Source: Eledone cirrhosa (lineage: Eukaryota). From it: 64,000 bases of DNA. Each line of letters opens with the position of its first letter. Position 1 is the first letter of the stretch. Below the pieces are notes generated by a model. It did not search any database and was not told the DNA's origin. It saw only the letters and a program-made list of their open reading frames with translations. The stretch is from NCBI GenBank assembly GCA_964016885.1, contig OZ024742.1, positions 285,138,001-285,202,000 of the forward strand. Direction: 5' to 3'. Of this stretch, positions 13,687 to 26,868 are shown piece by piece. A program made the position numbers and the translations under genes.

Positions 13687-16223
13687 CCCTTTAGCATTCA
13701 CATTGAATTGTCAAATGTCATGTTCATCTATTCGCATTATTTTCACTTAATTATACTCAAGAGGGTTATCAATTTTATTTGTTTGTAATTACTTTAATTT
13801 TCTATGTGCAGACTTGAAATTTTGTCAGTAGACGTTTAAAGAACTATAATTTACAATTATATATTTTTACCTGATTTTTTTTTGTTAAATTTGACTTTTA
13901 TGGGCAGGTGAAATTAATTAACAGGTGTAAAAGTAATAACTTTATGGATAAACACAAAAATTTAAACTTTATCTGCCTTACCTGTTGGATTTGTTGCAAA
14001 AAAATCCAATAATGATCTAGATGCTGATTTCCATCAATTCTAGCAGTTTTCCGAACAGGTGAATTAATTAAAAATGCAGGTGTAATCAGTACAATGTTTT
14101 AGTCTTTCTCTACATTCCAGGCAAATATTTTCATTGAAAAAAATGTATAAAACCTTTTCACCAGTCAAAATAATATTGGCAATGTACGGTGTAAAATTAC
14201 GTAACAGAATGTTCCCAATATATAAGTTCATTAACAGGTGTGTCACAGGTGAATGCAGGTGTTTTTGTATATGTGTGCTAATATATTTTAAAAATATTGT
14301 TTTCAATATTGTCAGACAATATTTCTATCGTGATACTGCCCAAAGCACCCTTTACATAAGGGAACTTTGCAAAAGGAACACATAAATAGGGTTTGGATTG
14401 CGTAACCTTTAACAGTTTTTCTCTTTTGCAAAGAGCACAATCGGCAAACCTTCCTCCTACCATCAATTCTCTCCACTTTATGAAAATCAATATTTTCTTT
14501 GTGAACCACTGCTAATTTTGATTTTTTCCCAGCTTTGTGTTTGCGAGAAGTATATCCCTCACGTAGCTGGGATGCAATATCCACGCGAAATTTCATGTGG
14601 CAGTAGTCCTTTGGTGGTGGCGGATCCTTGTGGCTTTTAGTAAATACAATATAAGAATTCACAATGGTTAAATTCACTAAAAACCACGATGTATCTCCAC
14701 CATTTCTTTCCAGGGCGTCCAACTGGGTAATACGCGCAATATTGGTCGGATTTGTCAACCCCACCCATATATTTATTGTAGGAGAGGTTAACTAAAGGTC
14801 TACCCTCAGCCCCAACACCTGGTTGTTGGTTAGAACTCAGGAACAAAATTTGCCGTTTGTCTTTGAACACTGTGGCTAACATGTTCTCTTTTTGCATTTG
14901 GAGAATGTCTCCTCTGTTTTTTAGTTTCGCAACTTTTATTTCTTGGGGTAGCTCTTTCCGATTGCTCATTATTGTGCCGCAGGTGTATGTATTTACAAGG
15001 GCAAGATCCTCTGCTAAAAGCACCGAAGAAAAAAACGGTCAAAATAAATGTGTCTGTGTTGAAAGTGGAAGGGTTGAGTCAGCGACCACACAACATCGTA
15101 ACCCAACCCGTGCTTTCTCTCTCCGTTAAGTTTTTTTCCTGTGTAAACATCAAAGTTTACACAGTATCCCGTGTCCGATTCACACAGTTCCCACACTTTG
15201 ATGCCCCATTTGGTGGGTTTAGCTGGCATATACTGTCTGAAATGAACCCTACCCTTATACCCAATCATAGCTTCATCAACACTAAGATTTTTTCCAGGTA
15301 TATACATACTTTTAAATTTTTCTGTCAACATTTCAATTAATGGTCGTACTTTGTACAGTGAGTCGTAATTCGATTCATTTCTACCAGGGGCATTTGTAGT
15401 ATCAACCAGATGCAAATACTGGTTTAATTTTATAAATCTCGTTTTTGCCATAATACTAGATATATAAGGGTCACCAAACCTTATATCAGTACTCCAATAA
15501 TTCCACAGTCATGGAAATTGTTTAATACCAAACAATGTTTATGGTAAAAAACGCTTTCATTTCGGCAGAATCTGTCGGACGCCATAACAGATCGGGTTTT
15601 CCTCGATTAGAAATCTGTTGTTGTGCATAGCGATTTGTTTCTTCTGCCACAACTTCGAAGAAAGTTTGTGGTAGAAATAAAAAAAAATAATCCAGAGCTT
15701 TAGCATCGGGTGGTAATGTGTGTTGTGGTCCAGAATTTTCATTAAAATCCGAAACATGTATCGGTGTTGTTTCTTTCAACCACGTTGGTGTTTTTTCAAT
15801 GGTGTCAGTCAAATCTTCTCTTTCACTTTCAAAGTGACTATCATCATCATCAGATATATCAGAAATAAATATATCTGATTCATTTGAAGATAAATCACTG
15901 ATATTATCTTCTGTTTCTTTTTTTATCTTGAATGTCGTAGGATGTAAAACCTTCAAAATCGTTGTCGCTGCTTTCGGAAGCCATGTTACGATTTCAAAGT
16001 TAAAAACACGTGTTATCGCAAGGTCTTTAACTATACTAAGAGTTAATTTTCGCGCGTAAGGGCTTTATCTCGCTGTAATCTCGAATTGACGAGATTTTGA
16101 TGATGTCAATGTTTATTTTTAGAAGGAGATCTACGAGTGGTTTGAAATGTCGGTTTTTGTCGGTTTGAATAAATGAAAGGGGACATAATTTTGTCGGTTT
16201 TTGTCGCTTTGAACGCTAAAGGG
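13687..16223 (-). mobile_element. piggyBac DNA transposon (PGBD4-like transposase, frameshifted) in PRMT1 intron 6
   Basis: TTAA at 13683-13686 and 16224-16227; 14-bp TIR CCCTTTAGCATTCA / TGAACGCTAAAGGG. Transposase from ATG 15984 to ~14312 with LSVDEAM..KPTKWGIK, YFDRFF, MGGVDKSDQ and a C-terminal Cys-rich domain. Confidence 0.95.
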
Positions 16224-16642
16224 TTAATATGATAAAGTCAGTTATGCTAAAAATGTGTGGAATTAATTTATTACATAAATAGAAAAACAGGTGCACTCAA
16301 TATGATATTAAGATAATATATTATATGCTATTAGTAACACATTATCATACATACATCACAGACATCTCCAAAAGCAAAAACTTCATTTCAAGTTTATATG
16401 CTTTTCTTGAATGTTGTCTGAGCCTCCTTGTTTCCTGATATCTTCCACTCCGTTGTACTCAAATTTGAACCATCCATTGCTCTATGTTCAATATGAGCAT
16501 CCTGCTTTCCAATTTTATGTAAAAACTTATATGTTCCAAATGCAAAATAAATAATAAATTTATATTACTAAAATAATTTGAAAACTGAATGCAGTACAGA
16601 AATATGATATCTATGGTTTAATTTTGTTTTGTGTATTTATAG

Positions 16643-16888
<246 letters not shown>

Positions 16889-17194
16889 TAACTATTTAGC
16901 AGAAAATGTTTATAAACAGACACAAATTTATAGTATCTTTACTAGGGGCTAGATTGTTGGGATGTAGTTAGTGCTTTGTACTTTTGAAGAATGTCTTGCT
17001 ACATATGGTACAGGAAATAAAGAGTTAAATAAAAAGTCTTAAAATATAATTTTATGCAAGAATCATGTTGTTATCTTAGTATTGAAATAATTAATAATTT
17101 TAGTAAGTTCCTTAAAATTTTTCATTAATTAATTGAAATAGTGTTTTCATTAGACATACCATCAATAAAATGCACCTAGAGAGAGTGGGGTTAA

Positions 17195-17668
<474 letters not shown>

Positions 17669-17789
17669 TAGGGAAATGCTTTCTTAACCCTTTCTAATAT
17701 GAAGCTACCAAAAGCCTACCATAAGATATTTTATATTCCAAACACAAGCTTAACTATTTGTTAGCAACCCACCTGCAAACATTCACTGT

Positions 17790-20700
17790 TCGTCATCATT
17801 GTTTTAACATCTGCTTTCACTGTTAACAAAGGTTCGTCGGTATGGAAGTTAAGCTACTGGCAAGGGACTTGCTTATGTACTGTCTTACATTTTACCGAGT
17901 GCACAGGAGAGGTTGTCATGTCAACACAACTGAAGGGTCCTCTCAATACTTTATTAGCAAACTTTCTATGGCTGGATGCCTTTCCTATCACCAACCACTT
18001 TATAGCGTGTAGTGGGTGTATTTATCGTGTAGATCACTAACACTAAGGAGGTTATCGTGCCAAGGCATGGCTGAAAGGTCCTCTCGACCCTGACCCCCAC
18101 CCTTCTCTCTCATGGAGATGAGAACTATGTCGGAAACGGTGTAATGGATGGGGTGCAAGGAGTAGTTACTAGGATGTGATAGTGAGAGTATCTAAGGGTT
18201 TTAGGAGAGGTGGGAGACAGCAGATAAGGGATGAATACAGGAGAGGCATATAGTGATGGTGAGGATACCTGGTAGTGGAGACATGGGTGGTGCGCATAAG
18301 TGTAAGGAGAGTAGCTACTGAATACAACTGTGAGGGAGTCTAGAGACTTTTAAGGGGGCAATGGCTAAGGAGTGAGGGTTGTGTAGTGATGCTGAGAATA
18401 GTTGTTAGTGAATGATAGTGGGTGGGGGATGGGGATGAGTCAGGCCGCATTGTATGCTGTAGGTTGGGTCTTCTTCAGCCAGCCCTCTTGGTCTTTGATC
18501 ATTTCTTTTGTGAGGTTTAGTTTTTTAGGGTTGGTCTTCACAACCTCATCCCCTGTCTTCCTTAGTCTGCCTCTTCCATAAATCTCAGCCACTGGGGTTT
18601 CTTTATGCAGCTATTATCTTTCATGCGCATCACATGTCCATACCAATGCAGTCTTCTCTTTTGCACACTGCATCCAATTTCTCTTATGCTAAATTTTCCC
18701 CTCAGCTTATGCTGTCACTCATGCACACTAGCATTACACATCGGAGCATACACGACTCGTTTATTTCTAGCCTCCACAGATCTTCTGAAGTCAAGGCCCA
18801 TGTTTCACTGCCATGTAGCATTGCAGTTTACTCACAGTCATCATAGTCTACTAATGAGTCTGAGAGAAAACCATTTTGTTGTCAGCCGCCGTAACAGATC
18901 TCGAAACTTTTTCCAGCCTGTTCTTATCCTAGCTATCACACTTACGACACATCCTCTCCCACTGGTAATTTGATTGCCTAGGTAGCAAACGATGTCAACA
19001 GCTTCTAGAGATCCCCTTGGCAACTGAAGGAATATATTTCACATGCTCTTTTTGCTCACTTCTCTTAGTCCACCTGCAATCGCACTTCATCTCTTGTACA
19101 TCCATAAATTACATTCTGTGCACCTTATGGAATTACTGCCCAACCCTTTCTGATATATTGAACAAGGCCGCTTTCCTTGTGGTATCGCTCTACTGTCTTC
19201 TTTTTTACTTAAGACTTTTGTCTTTGCTAAATTTATTTTTAGGATTTTCAACTCAGGTCACCAGCATATAGGAGCTTCTATGGAGTGCCAGTTTTTAAAA
19301 CTCCTCAGTGATGGCTTAGTGGACTCCCACCTGTACTTGAAATTCATCACTGTACTCATTGACAACTCTCACTTTGCTGGTTGCTCCTCTATGCATGGCC
19401 CTTGCAAGCCATTTGTCTACACATAGCTTTCTAAGTGCCCACCAAAGTATAGAGCATAGGACCCTGTCAAAGGCCTTCTCTATATTTACAAATACTAGAT
19501 ACAGTGGCTTACTGTTAACTAAGTACCTCTCTTGTAGTTGTCTCACCAGAAAGAGGGCATCAGTAGTATTCTTACCTGACATAAATCCAAACTGCATCTC
19601 ATCTAACATGATTCTTTCCTTAATTAGTTGTGCTATAACCATTTCAGCAACTTTCATGTCCTGGTTCCTCAACTTGATGCCTCTATTTACTTCTCTCTAG
19701 AGCATTTCTTTTGCCCTTGTAGCAATTTACAATGACACTGCTGTGCCAGTTATTAGGTATGACACCAATCTATACTACTTGATTAACTACACATCTGATT
19801 AGCTTGTATCGTACCATACTAGATATGCTTTTAGCTTCTCAGCTACTATCTGGATGGTCCAGTTGTTTTCCCTACCTTCAAGTCCTATAATTGCTTTAAC
19901 TTTTATGGCTCATCTCTCAGTGCAGTCTGCATGGGGTAGGCCCTTATTTTCCTTATTCAGCAGCCTCTCATACTCATAGTTAATCTTCCATGCCTCCTTT
20001 TTGGTGCCAGACAAGGCAAGTGCTATGCTATCATTTTGGACATACTTTTCTCTAGCATACTGTCTTACAATCCTGATCACTTCATGCTTTTGATTTTCAC
20101 GATGCAGAACATGTGAAAACTTGTTTATCCCTTGCTAGGTATACTTGGCGCCTGCCCTTTATTCTAGCTATCTGGTATTGCTTTCTGCCTCCTCCATTTT
20201 CTCCAGGTTTTCTTTTTTTTTTGATGGCTCGTGGCTTCCAGCTGGTTGTCCTGTAGAAATTCAAAGTTTTTCTCTGTTATATGTTCCTAACTCCTCTTCC
20301 TTACTGTCAGGCGTCAGTTCTCTCAGCTTCCTTCTCTGGGCTGGCTTTTGTGTGGTCACTTTCAACTAATTATGTTGGGCAGTACATTCTTCCCTGGGAA
20401 AGGACATGACGTTTACAACCATTTGCCTATCTTGGTGAGGATGAAGTCTATTTAACTTGTATGCCCTTCTGATTGATAGATAATCAAGTGATTGGCTGGT
20501 TTCTTGAAGTTTATGTTATAGATCATTAAGTTGAGGGCACCACAGAATTCCAGAAGGCTAGTCTCCTCTTCATTTCTTATGCCATAACCATAGCCTCCAT
20601 GTATGCCAAGGAATCTGTCAGTGTTCTCAACATATCTTTTGAAGTCACTAGCTGCTATCATAAGATCACTGTCATCTGTCATAAGGGCCTCAGGAATGGT

Positions 20701-21060
20701 CCTTTTGGAGTGTCTACTGATAGTATAGTAACTGTAATAGTGCTCAAGGCAAATATTTGTTTAATTATTCTAACATGCACTCTAACTACCTCAATTACCT
20801 GGTCTACCCATCTCTCAGCGTGAAGTATTCCTATTCCACCCACCCATTTTGCTACTCACCTATAATTTGTACTGGTGTTCATTGCCTGTGATGAATCTGG
20901 TGGAAGCACCCCTCCACTTCCTTGTACACATCCAAGGAAGCTTGTATCACGAGGGTGATAACCCTCACCCACCAAGTCAACATTGCAAGGTGGGGATGGG
21001 AGTTCAGGAAATGGTGTCTGGCATGCTCTACACTGTAAAAATCTGCTTAGGTTATGCTAA
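17790..21060 (-). mobile_element. Decayed RTE LINE in PRMT1 intron 8
   Basis: Fragments RNEEETSLLEFC (endonuclease), DEMQFGF..EKAFDRV (RT) and YLGNQI..RIRTGWKKF. Boundaries approximate. Confidence 0.85.
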
Positions 21061-21642
21061 GAAGAAGCATGTATGGGTTTTAGGTACAATGACAATAATA
21101 ATTCCGCAGTACGAAGTCTGCTTTTTTTATGTTTATATTTAAAATGCTTCCATCATAATTTTATGTAAGAACCTTTATTAGAGTTATCCTGGAATTTTAT
21201 TGGGAACGATGGTCATAAGCATGGAAGGCAAATGAATTTTAGATTTAACCCCATTATTACAACACCTTGAGCGAGTATCTTAGCCTTTGGTCGGCCAAAG
21301 TTTTGCAATAACTTGGTGGGTTGATTGTGTGAGGAACCCTGTTAGAAAAATGGATGATTTGCTTTATATGGTAGGACTAATAAAGTATGTCACCTTGTTT
21401 CAAACTACACACCACCATTTGCCACTTGGGTGTAAGTAGCCGAGTCCACTGTCACAATCACTACCTCCAACCAGATCTCTGTTCTTTGTACAAAATGATA
21501 AATTGAAGACAATTTTTTCTTATAATTTCCTGTACAGGTATTACATTGTTTTTATGATATGCATTCATGGAAAAGTAGGCATTAAATGATGATGATATAT
21601 TTTATTTATAATTTGTGTTTTATTAAATTTTAAAGTATTGTG

Positions 21643-21677
<35 letters not shown>

Positions 21678-21687
21678 TGTTTTTCAG

Positions 21688-21771
21688 AGGGACCTAGACT
21701 TCACAGTTGACATAGACTTCAAAGGTGAACTGTCAGAGATGTCGGAGTGTCTACATTACAAGATGAGGTAG
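21688..21771 (+). CDS. PRMT1: PRMT1 last coding exon
   Basis: ttcag|AGG...TAG; RDLDFTVDIDFKGELSEMSECLHYKMR*, the typical PRMT1 C-terminus. The nine exons sum to 1026 nt. Confidence 0.96.
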   Translation, partial: RDLDFTVDIDFKGELSEMSECLHYKMR

Positions 21772-22492
21772 ACAGACAGATAAAAGAAAGAGACTGACAA
21801 AACAAAAAAAATAAAAAAGCAGGACGATGATGTTATTGCAAGCAAGCGAGCAAAACATTCACTCATTTCCCCTTCTCCCCCTCAGTTTCTCTCTTTTTTT
21901 TGTGTTCTTCCCAGGCGGCGGGGGATGTGTGAGAATCTCCACATAAAAACAAATTACATCCATACATTTATTTGGTTGCAGTTATTGTCAAATCAACCGA
22001 AACACTGCAAAATCAGTACAAATAATATTAACAATACTACTACTACTACTACTAATAATAATAATAATGAGGATAAAAAAAATAACAGGATAGGCGGGAA
22101 ATTGTGGCATCAGTTGACCATTTATTTCTGGCGTGGATTTTTTTTTTTTTTTTTTAAACAAAAACAAACAAAACTTGTTGCTCATGTGGGTGGGTATTGG
22201 CAGTGATTGCAATCATAAGAGAAATGGGGAAGTGATTTACTGGGGTTTTTTTTTTAAATTAAATCTCTTAATTTAAAAAGTTTTCAGATATTTAAAAAAA
22301 ATTTCCCACATAGGGGTGGGGAGTGCTTGATAAGATCCATACAAAGATAAACCACCATTGCTTCTCACATCTACCAAATTACTGATGTTGTCTCTTTCTT
22401 GCAGCATTTTATTTTTTATTTGCCCCCTCCCCCATTCTGGCAAATCCTCTCAAAATATAATCAATTTATAAAACAAAAACTTAAAAAACTTT

Positions 22493-22563
<71 letters not shown>

Positions 22564-22726
22564 TGTGTGTGTATGTGTTTGTATATATATATATATGTAT
22601 ATATACATACATATAATACATACATATTCATAATCTTTTTTTTCCTTTCTCTCTGCTTCATACTTATATTTGAAATCCATCACTACCAAAACATGGTGAA
22701 GATTTCTTCCTTCCTCCTTCATCTGA

Positions 22727-22732
22727 AATAAA
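22727..22732 (+). terminator. Candidate PRMT1 polyadenylation signal
   Basis: AATAAA ~950 nt after the stop codon, shortly before transposon sequence resumes. Confidence 0.5.
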
Positions 22733-22813
22733 AAGTTCAATACTTCACCATTAGGTAAGGACTAATCGTCAAGAGTATTTCCTTATATTCCTTCTTTGAT
22801 TTAACCCTTTTAA

Positions 22814-24242
22814 CCCTTTAGCATTCACATTGAATTGTCAAATGTCATGTTCATCTATTCGCATTATTTTCACTTAATTATACTCAAGAGGGTTATCAAT
22901 TTTATTTGTTTGTAATCTATGTGCAGACTTGAAATTTTGTCAGATGTTTAAATAACTATAATTTACAATTATATATTTTTACCTGATTTTTTTTGTTAAA
23001 TTTGACTTTTATGGGCAGGTGAAATTAATTAACAGGTTTAAAAGTAATAACTTTATGGATAAACACAAAAATTTAAACTTATCTGCCTTATCTGTTAGAT
23101 TTGTTGCAAAAAAATCCAATAATGATCTAGATGCTGATTTCCATCAATTCTAGCAGTTTTCCGAACAGGTGAATTAATTAAAAATGCAGGTGTAATCAGT
23201 ACACGGTTTTAGTCTTTCTCTACATTCCAGGCAAATATTTTCATTGAAAAAAATGTATAAAACCTTTTCACCAGTCAAAATAATATTGGCAATGCACTCA
23301 ATAAATGTACGGTGTAAAATTACGTAACAGAAAGTTGCCAATATATAAGTTTATACACACTTTTAAATTTTTCTGACATTTCAATTAATGGTCGTGTACA
23401 GTGGGTCGTAATTTGATTTATTTCTACCAGGGGCATTTGAAGTATTAACCAGGTGCAAATACTGGTTTAATTTGATGAATCTCGTTTTTGCCATAATACT
23501 AGATATATAAGGGTCACCAAACCTTATATCAGTACTCCAATAATTCCACAGTCATGGAAATTGTTTAATACCAAACATAATATTTATGGTAAAAAACGCT
23601 TTCATTTCGGCAGAATCTGTCGGACGCCATAACAGATCGGGTTTTCCGATATTAGAAATTTGTCGTTGTACATAGCGATTTGCCACAACTTAGAAGAAAG
23701 TTTGTGGTAAAAATTAAAAATAATAATCAAGTGCTTTAGCATCGGGTGATATTGTGTGTTGTGGTCCAATATTTTCAGTAAAATCTGAAACATGTATCGA
23801 TGTTTCTTTCAACCACGTTGGTGTTTTTTCAATGGTGTCAGTCAAATCTTCTCTTTCACTTTCAAAGTAACTATCATCATTATCAGATATATCAGAAATA
23901 AATATATCTGATTCGTTTGAAGATAAATCACTGATATTATCTTCTGTTTCTTTTTGATCTCGAATGTCGGACGCAAGACCTTCAAATTCGTTGTCACTAC
24001 TTTCGGAAGCCATGTTACACTTTCAATGTTAAAAACACGTGTTATCGCAAGTTCTTTAACTATACTAAGAGTTAATTTTCGTGCGTAAGGGCATTATCTC
24101 ACAGTAATCTCGAATTGACGAGATTTCGATGATGTCAATGTTTATTTTTAGAAGGAGATCTCCGTGTGTTATTAAATGTCGGTTTTTGTCGGTTTGAATA
24201 AATAAAAGGGGACATAATCTTGTCGGTTTGAATGCTAAAGAG
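22814..24242 (-). mobile_element. Internally deleted piggyBac, same family as 13687-16223
   Basis: TTAA at 22810-22813 and 24243-24246 with the same TIRs. Colinear with copy 1 except for loss of ~14228-15300 (junction ~23351). Confidence 0.95.
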
Positions 24243-24547
24243 TTAATACCAAACAGTCCCTAGTTCTACGATACAAAACTGTTTGCTTTTAAAGATTTAT
24301 ATTTACCTAAAAACCTTCCATCATAATGTTATGTAAGAAACTTCATTAAATTATGCTCCAAACACCATACAAATATTAGGTTGTTCAGAAATTAATGCAG
24401 TTTTTTGCCATTAACTTCAAGGGTGAATTGAAATGATGGAATTTATGAAACCAATGTTGCATTGTGGCCAAAACTTCAAAGATCTGAAAATTGATAAAAA
24501 CACAATTTACATTAAAATTAGCTTTTATGTATGTATGTGTGTGTATA

Positions 24548-24910
24548 TCATCATCATCACCGTTTTATGTCCGTTCTTCCATGCTAGCATGGGTTAGACG
24601 GGTTGTCCTGTTGTGGGCAGTGTCTGGTCGGCTGACCATGCCTTGCTCATACAGGAACTGATTTTGGCTTGATTTCTACAGCTGGATGTCCCCCTAACAC
24701 CAACCTCATTTACAGTGAGTGCTGGGTGCTTTTTTTTTCGTGGCGCCTACATGTCCACTTTAGAGTGTGGGCTGGGTGCTTTTTTGCAGTGGGAGGGTGT
24801 GGGCGCATATTGTCTATATGCTTCAGCTTGTACCCATGGGAGGTCGGGTACTCTGTATTACTGCGTGACGCCAGAGGTTACGGTCGTGTGTCATCGCCTT
24901 TGAGAGGTGT
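24548..24910 (-). mobile_element. RTE 3' end fragment
   Basis: QLHLSKAMTHDRNLWRHAVIQSTRPPMG plus 3' UTR matching 61335-61730. Confidence 0.9.
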
Positions 24911-25347
24911 AATTGTATATATGTATATATATAGTCATGTTCTTCACACGGGCAACTATACGTTGGCTGCTCAAGAGTGGGAAGCAAGACAAATCTCTTT
25001 GCATATACCTGACACGGAAGAACAAGGAACATTGTGTACAAGGAGGTGCTACAGTTATTGTTTAGGTAGACGAGGCAGAAGGGGGATATACACAATTGGT
25101 TGAAGAAAGACAAGACTGTTAGTAGTACGACCAACAGCAACAAAAAAGAGGGAACGCATTTACATGCTTTTGAAAAATCTTAATGGAAAATTATTTGCCT
25201 ATGCACAAAATGTAGACACCATCCCCAGGCCCAGGTATTCTGTACTTCTCTACTGTTTCAGAAAGGAGGGATAAACATGCCAACCTATGTTTAGAAGCCC
25301 GAGCCATTCTGCTAGTATATATATATATATGTATGTATGTGTGTGTG

Positions 25348-25662
25348 TCATCATCATCATCATCATCATCAGGTTTAGCATCCGTGTTCCACGCTTGCAT
25401 GGGTTTGGACGGGGGTTTTCCCACTTGAGGCAAGAGTGGTTGTCTTGCTCGCATAGGACTGTCTGGCGGGTTTTCTACAGTTGGATGCCCTTCCTAACAC
25501 CAACCACATTTACAGTGTGGGGCTGGGAGGTTTTTACCGTGTTGCCTACACGGCCACATTACAGCGTGGACTGTCTGGCGGGTTTTCTACAGCTGGATGC
25601 CCTTCCTAACACCAACCACATTTACAGTGTGGGGCTGGGAGGTTTTTACCGTGTTGCCTACA
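25348..25662 (-). repeat. RTE-3'UTR/SINE tail with internal 112-bp-period duplication
   Basis: (CAT)n tail; GGACTGTCTGGCGGG...GTTGCCTACA at 25456 and again at 25568. Reverse-complement relative at 49480-49705. Confidence 0.85.
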
Positions 25663-26868
25663 TATGTATACATATATATATAGAGAGAGAGATATGGAAG
25701 CTATGGAGTAGTCTTGGGACAAGGTGATAAAAGCTGACCATGTGCAAGTGGACTTCTCAAAGACAATGACACGGGATCTAGATTTTTGGTGTTATGCAGT
25801 AATACAGAAGACGTGCCTACCCATGTGCATGGGCTCAAACATACATCTCATAGTCACGTCTTAACCATTATTCCCCTTCCATATATACCCCAACACCCAC
25901 CCATCCACAGCTCTTACACTGTAAAATTATGTTGGTATAACAACAAAAAGCACCCAGTACACACTGTAAATCTGTGTGTGGTTGGTGTTAGGTGGGACAT
26001 CAAGCCATAGAAACCTAGCCAGAAATAGTTCTATATGTGCAAGACAAATCACCTGGCCCAACTTGCCTCTAATGGGACAAACTGATTAACCCATACTACC
26101 ATTGAAAATGGACGTTAAATGATGCTATTTATCTAAAGAATCTCCCATCATAATTTTATGTAAGAACTTAAAAGACAAAGTTTTATCATTAAGATAATTT
26201 GAAATATTTTGACTGCTTTTCAATTACAAAAATATGGTAATGAAATTTTTAAAGTGTTTATATAAGTTACATTCAAAATACTAGCTTAATAACTAGATTA
26301 TGTTACTAAATCTCTCCAAATTAATTATTTGAAAATCATAGGCTGTGTTTTCGTTTAGAAATATGGTAAATAGGATAAGTGTTAAATTTTTTACTGCTGC
26401 ATTGATATAATGCTATGGTCAGATTGTTTCCTCTAGTTTTTCTTTACCACTGAACAAAAATATTGCACAACACCAATACAGCAACTGCATGGTCATGTAA
26501 GTTATAGGGACTAATAGATGATACATAAAGCAAGAAAGTTTGTAACTGAGAATTGTTTTCTCTTCCAAATTCAACAGATATTGATTGTGTTTAACTCTTA
26601 ACATCCAGAACTGGATGAAACAACATTAACAAGGGATTCTTCAAATGATAACAGCAGAAGACACTTGCCTCAGGTGACATGCAGTGTGATTGAATTTTGA
26701 ACCACATGGTTGTGAAGTGAATTCCTTAAACACCTCATTTAAGTGCAAAATAATTATCTTTTATTTAGCTAGTGTTTACAGAATTATGTTTTTATATAAA
26801 ACTGATGTATGGTTTTCGTTTTATGAACAGCTTTGTATTGTAATTGGGGCTGGTTTCAGGCAGATTAA

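Noticed and set aside
22399-22740. ORFs rich in YI/CV repeats (also 54899-55921 and 57471-57707)
   Set aside because: Translations of (TA)n/(TG)n microsatellites.
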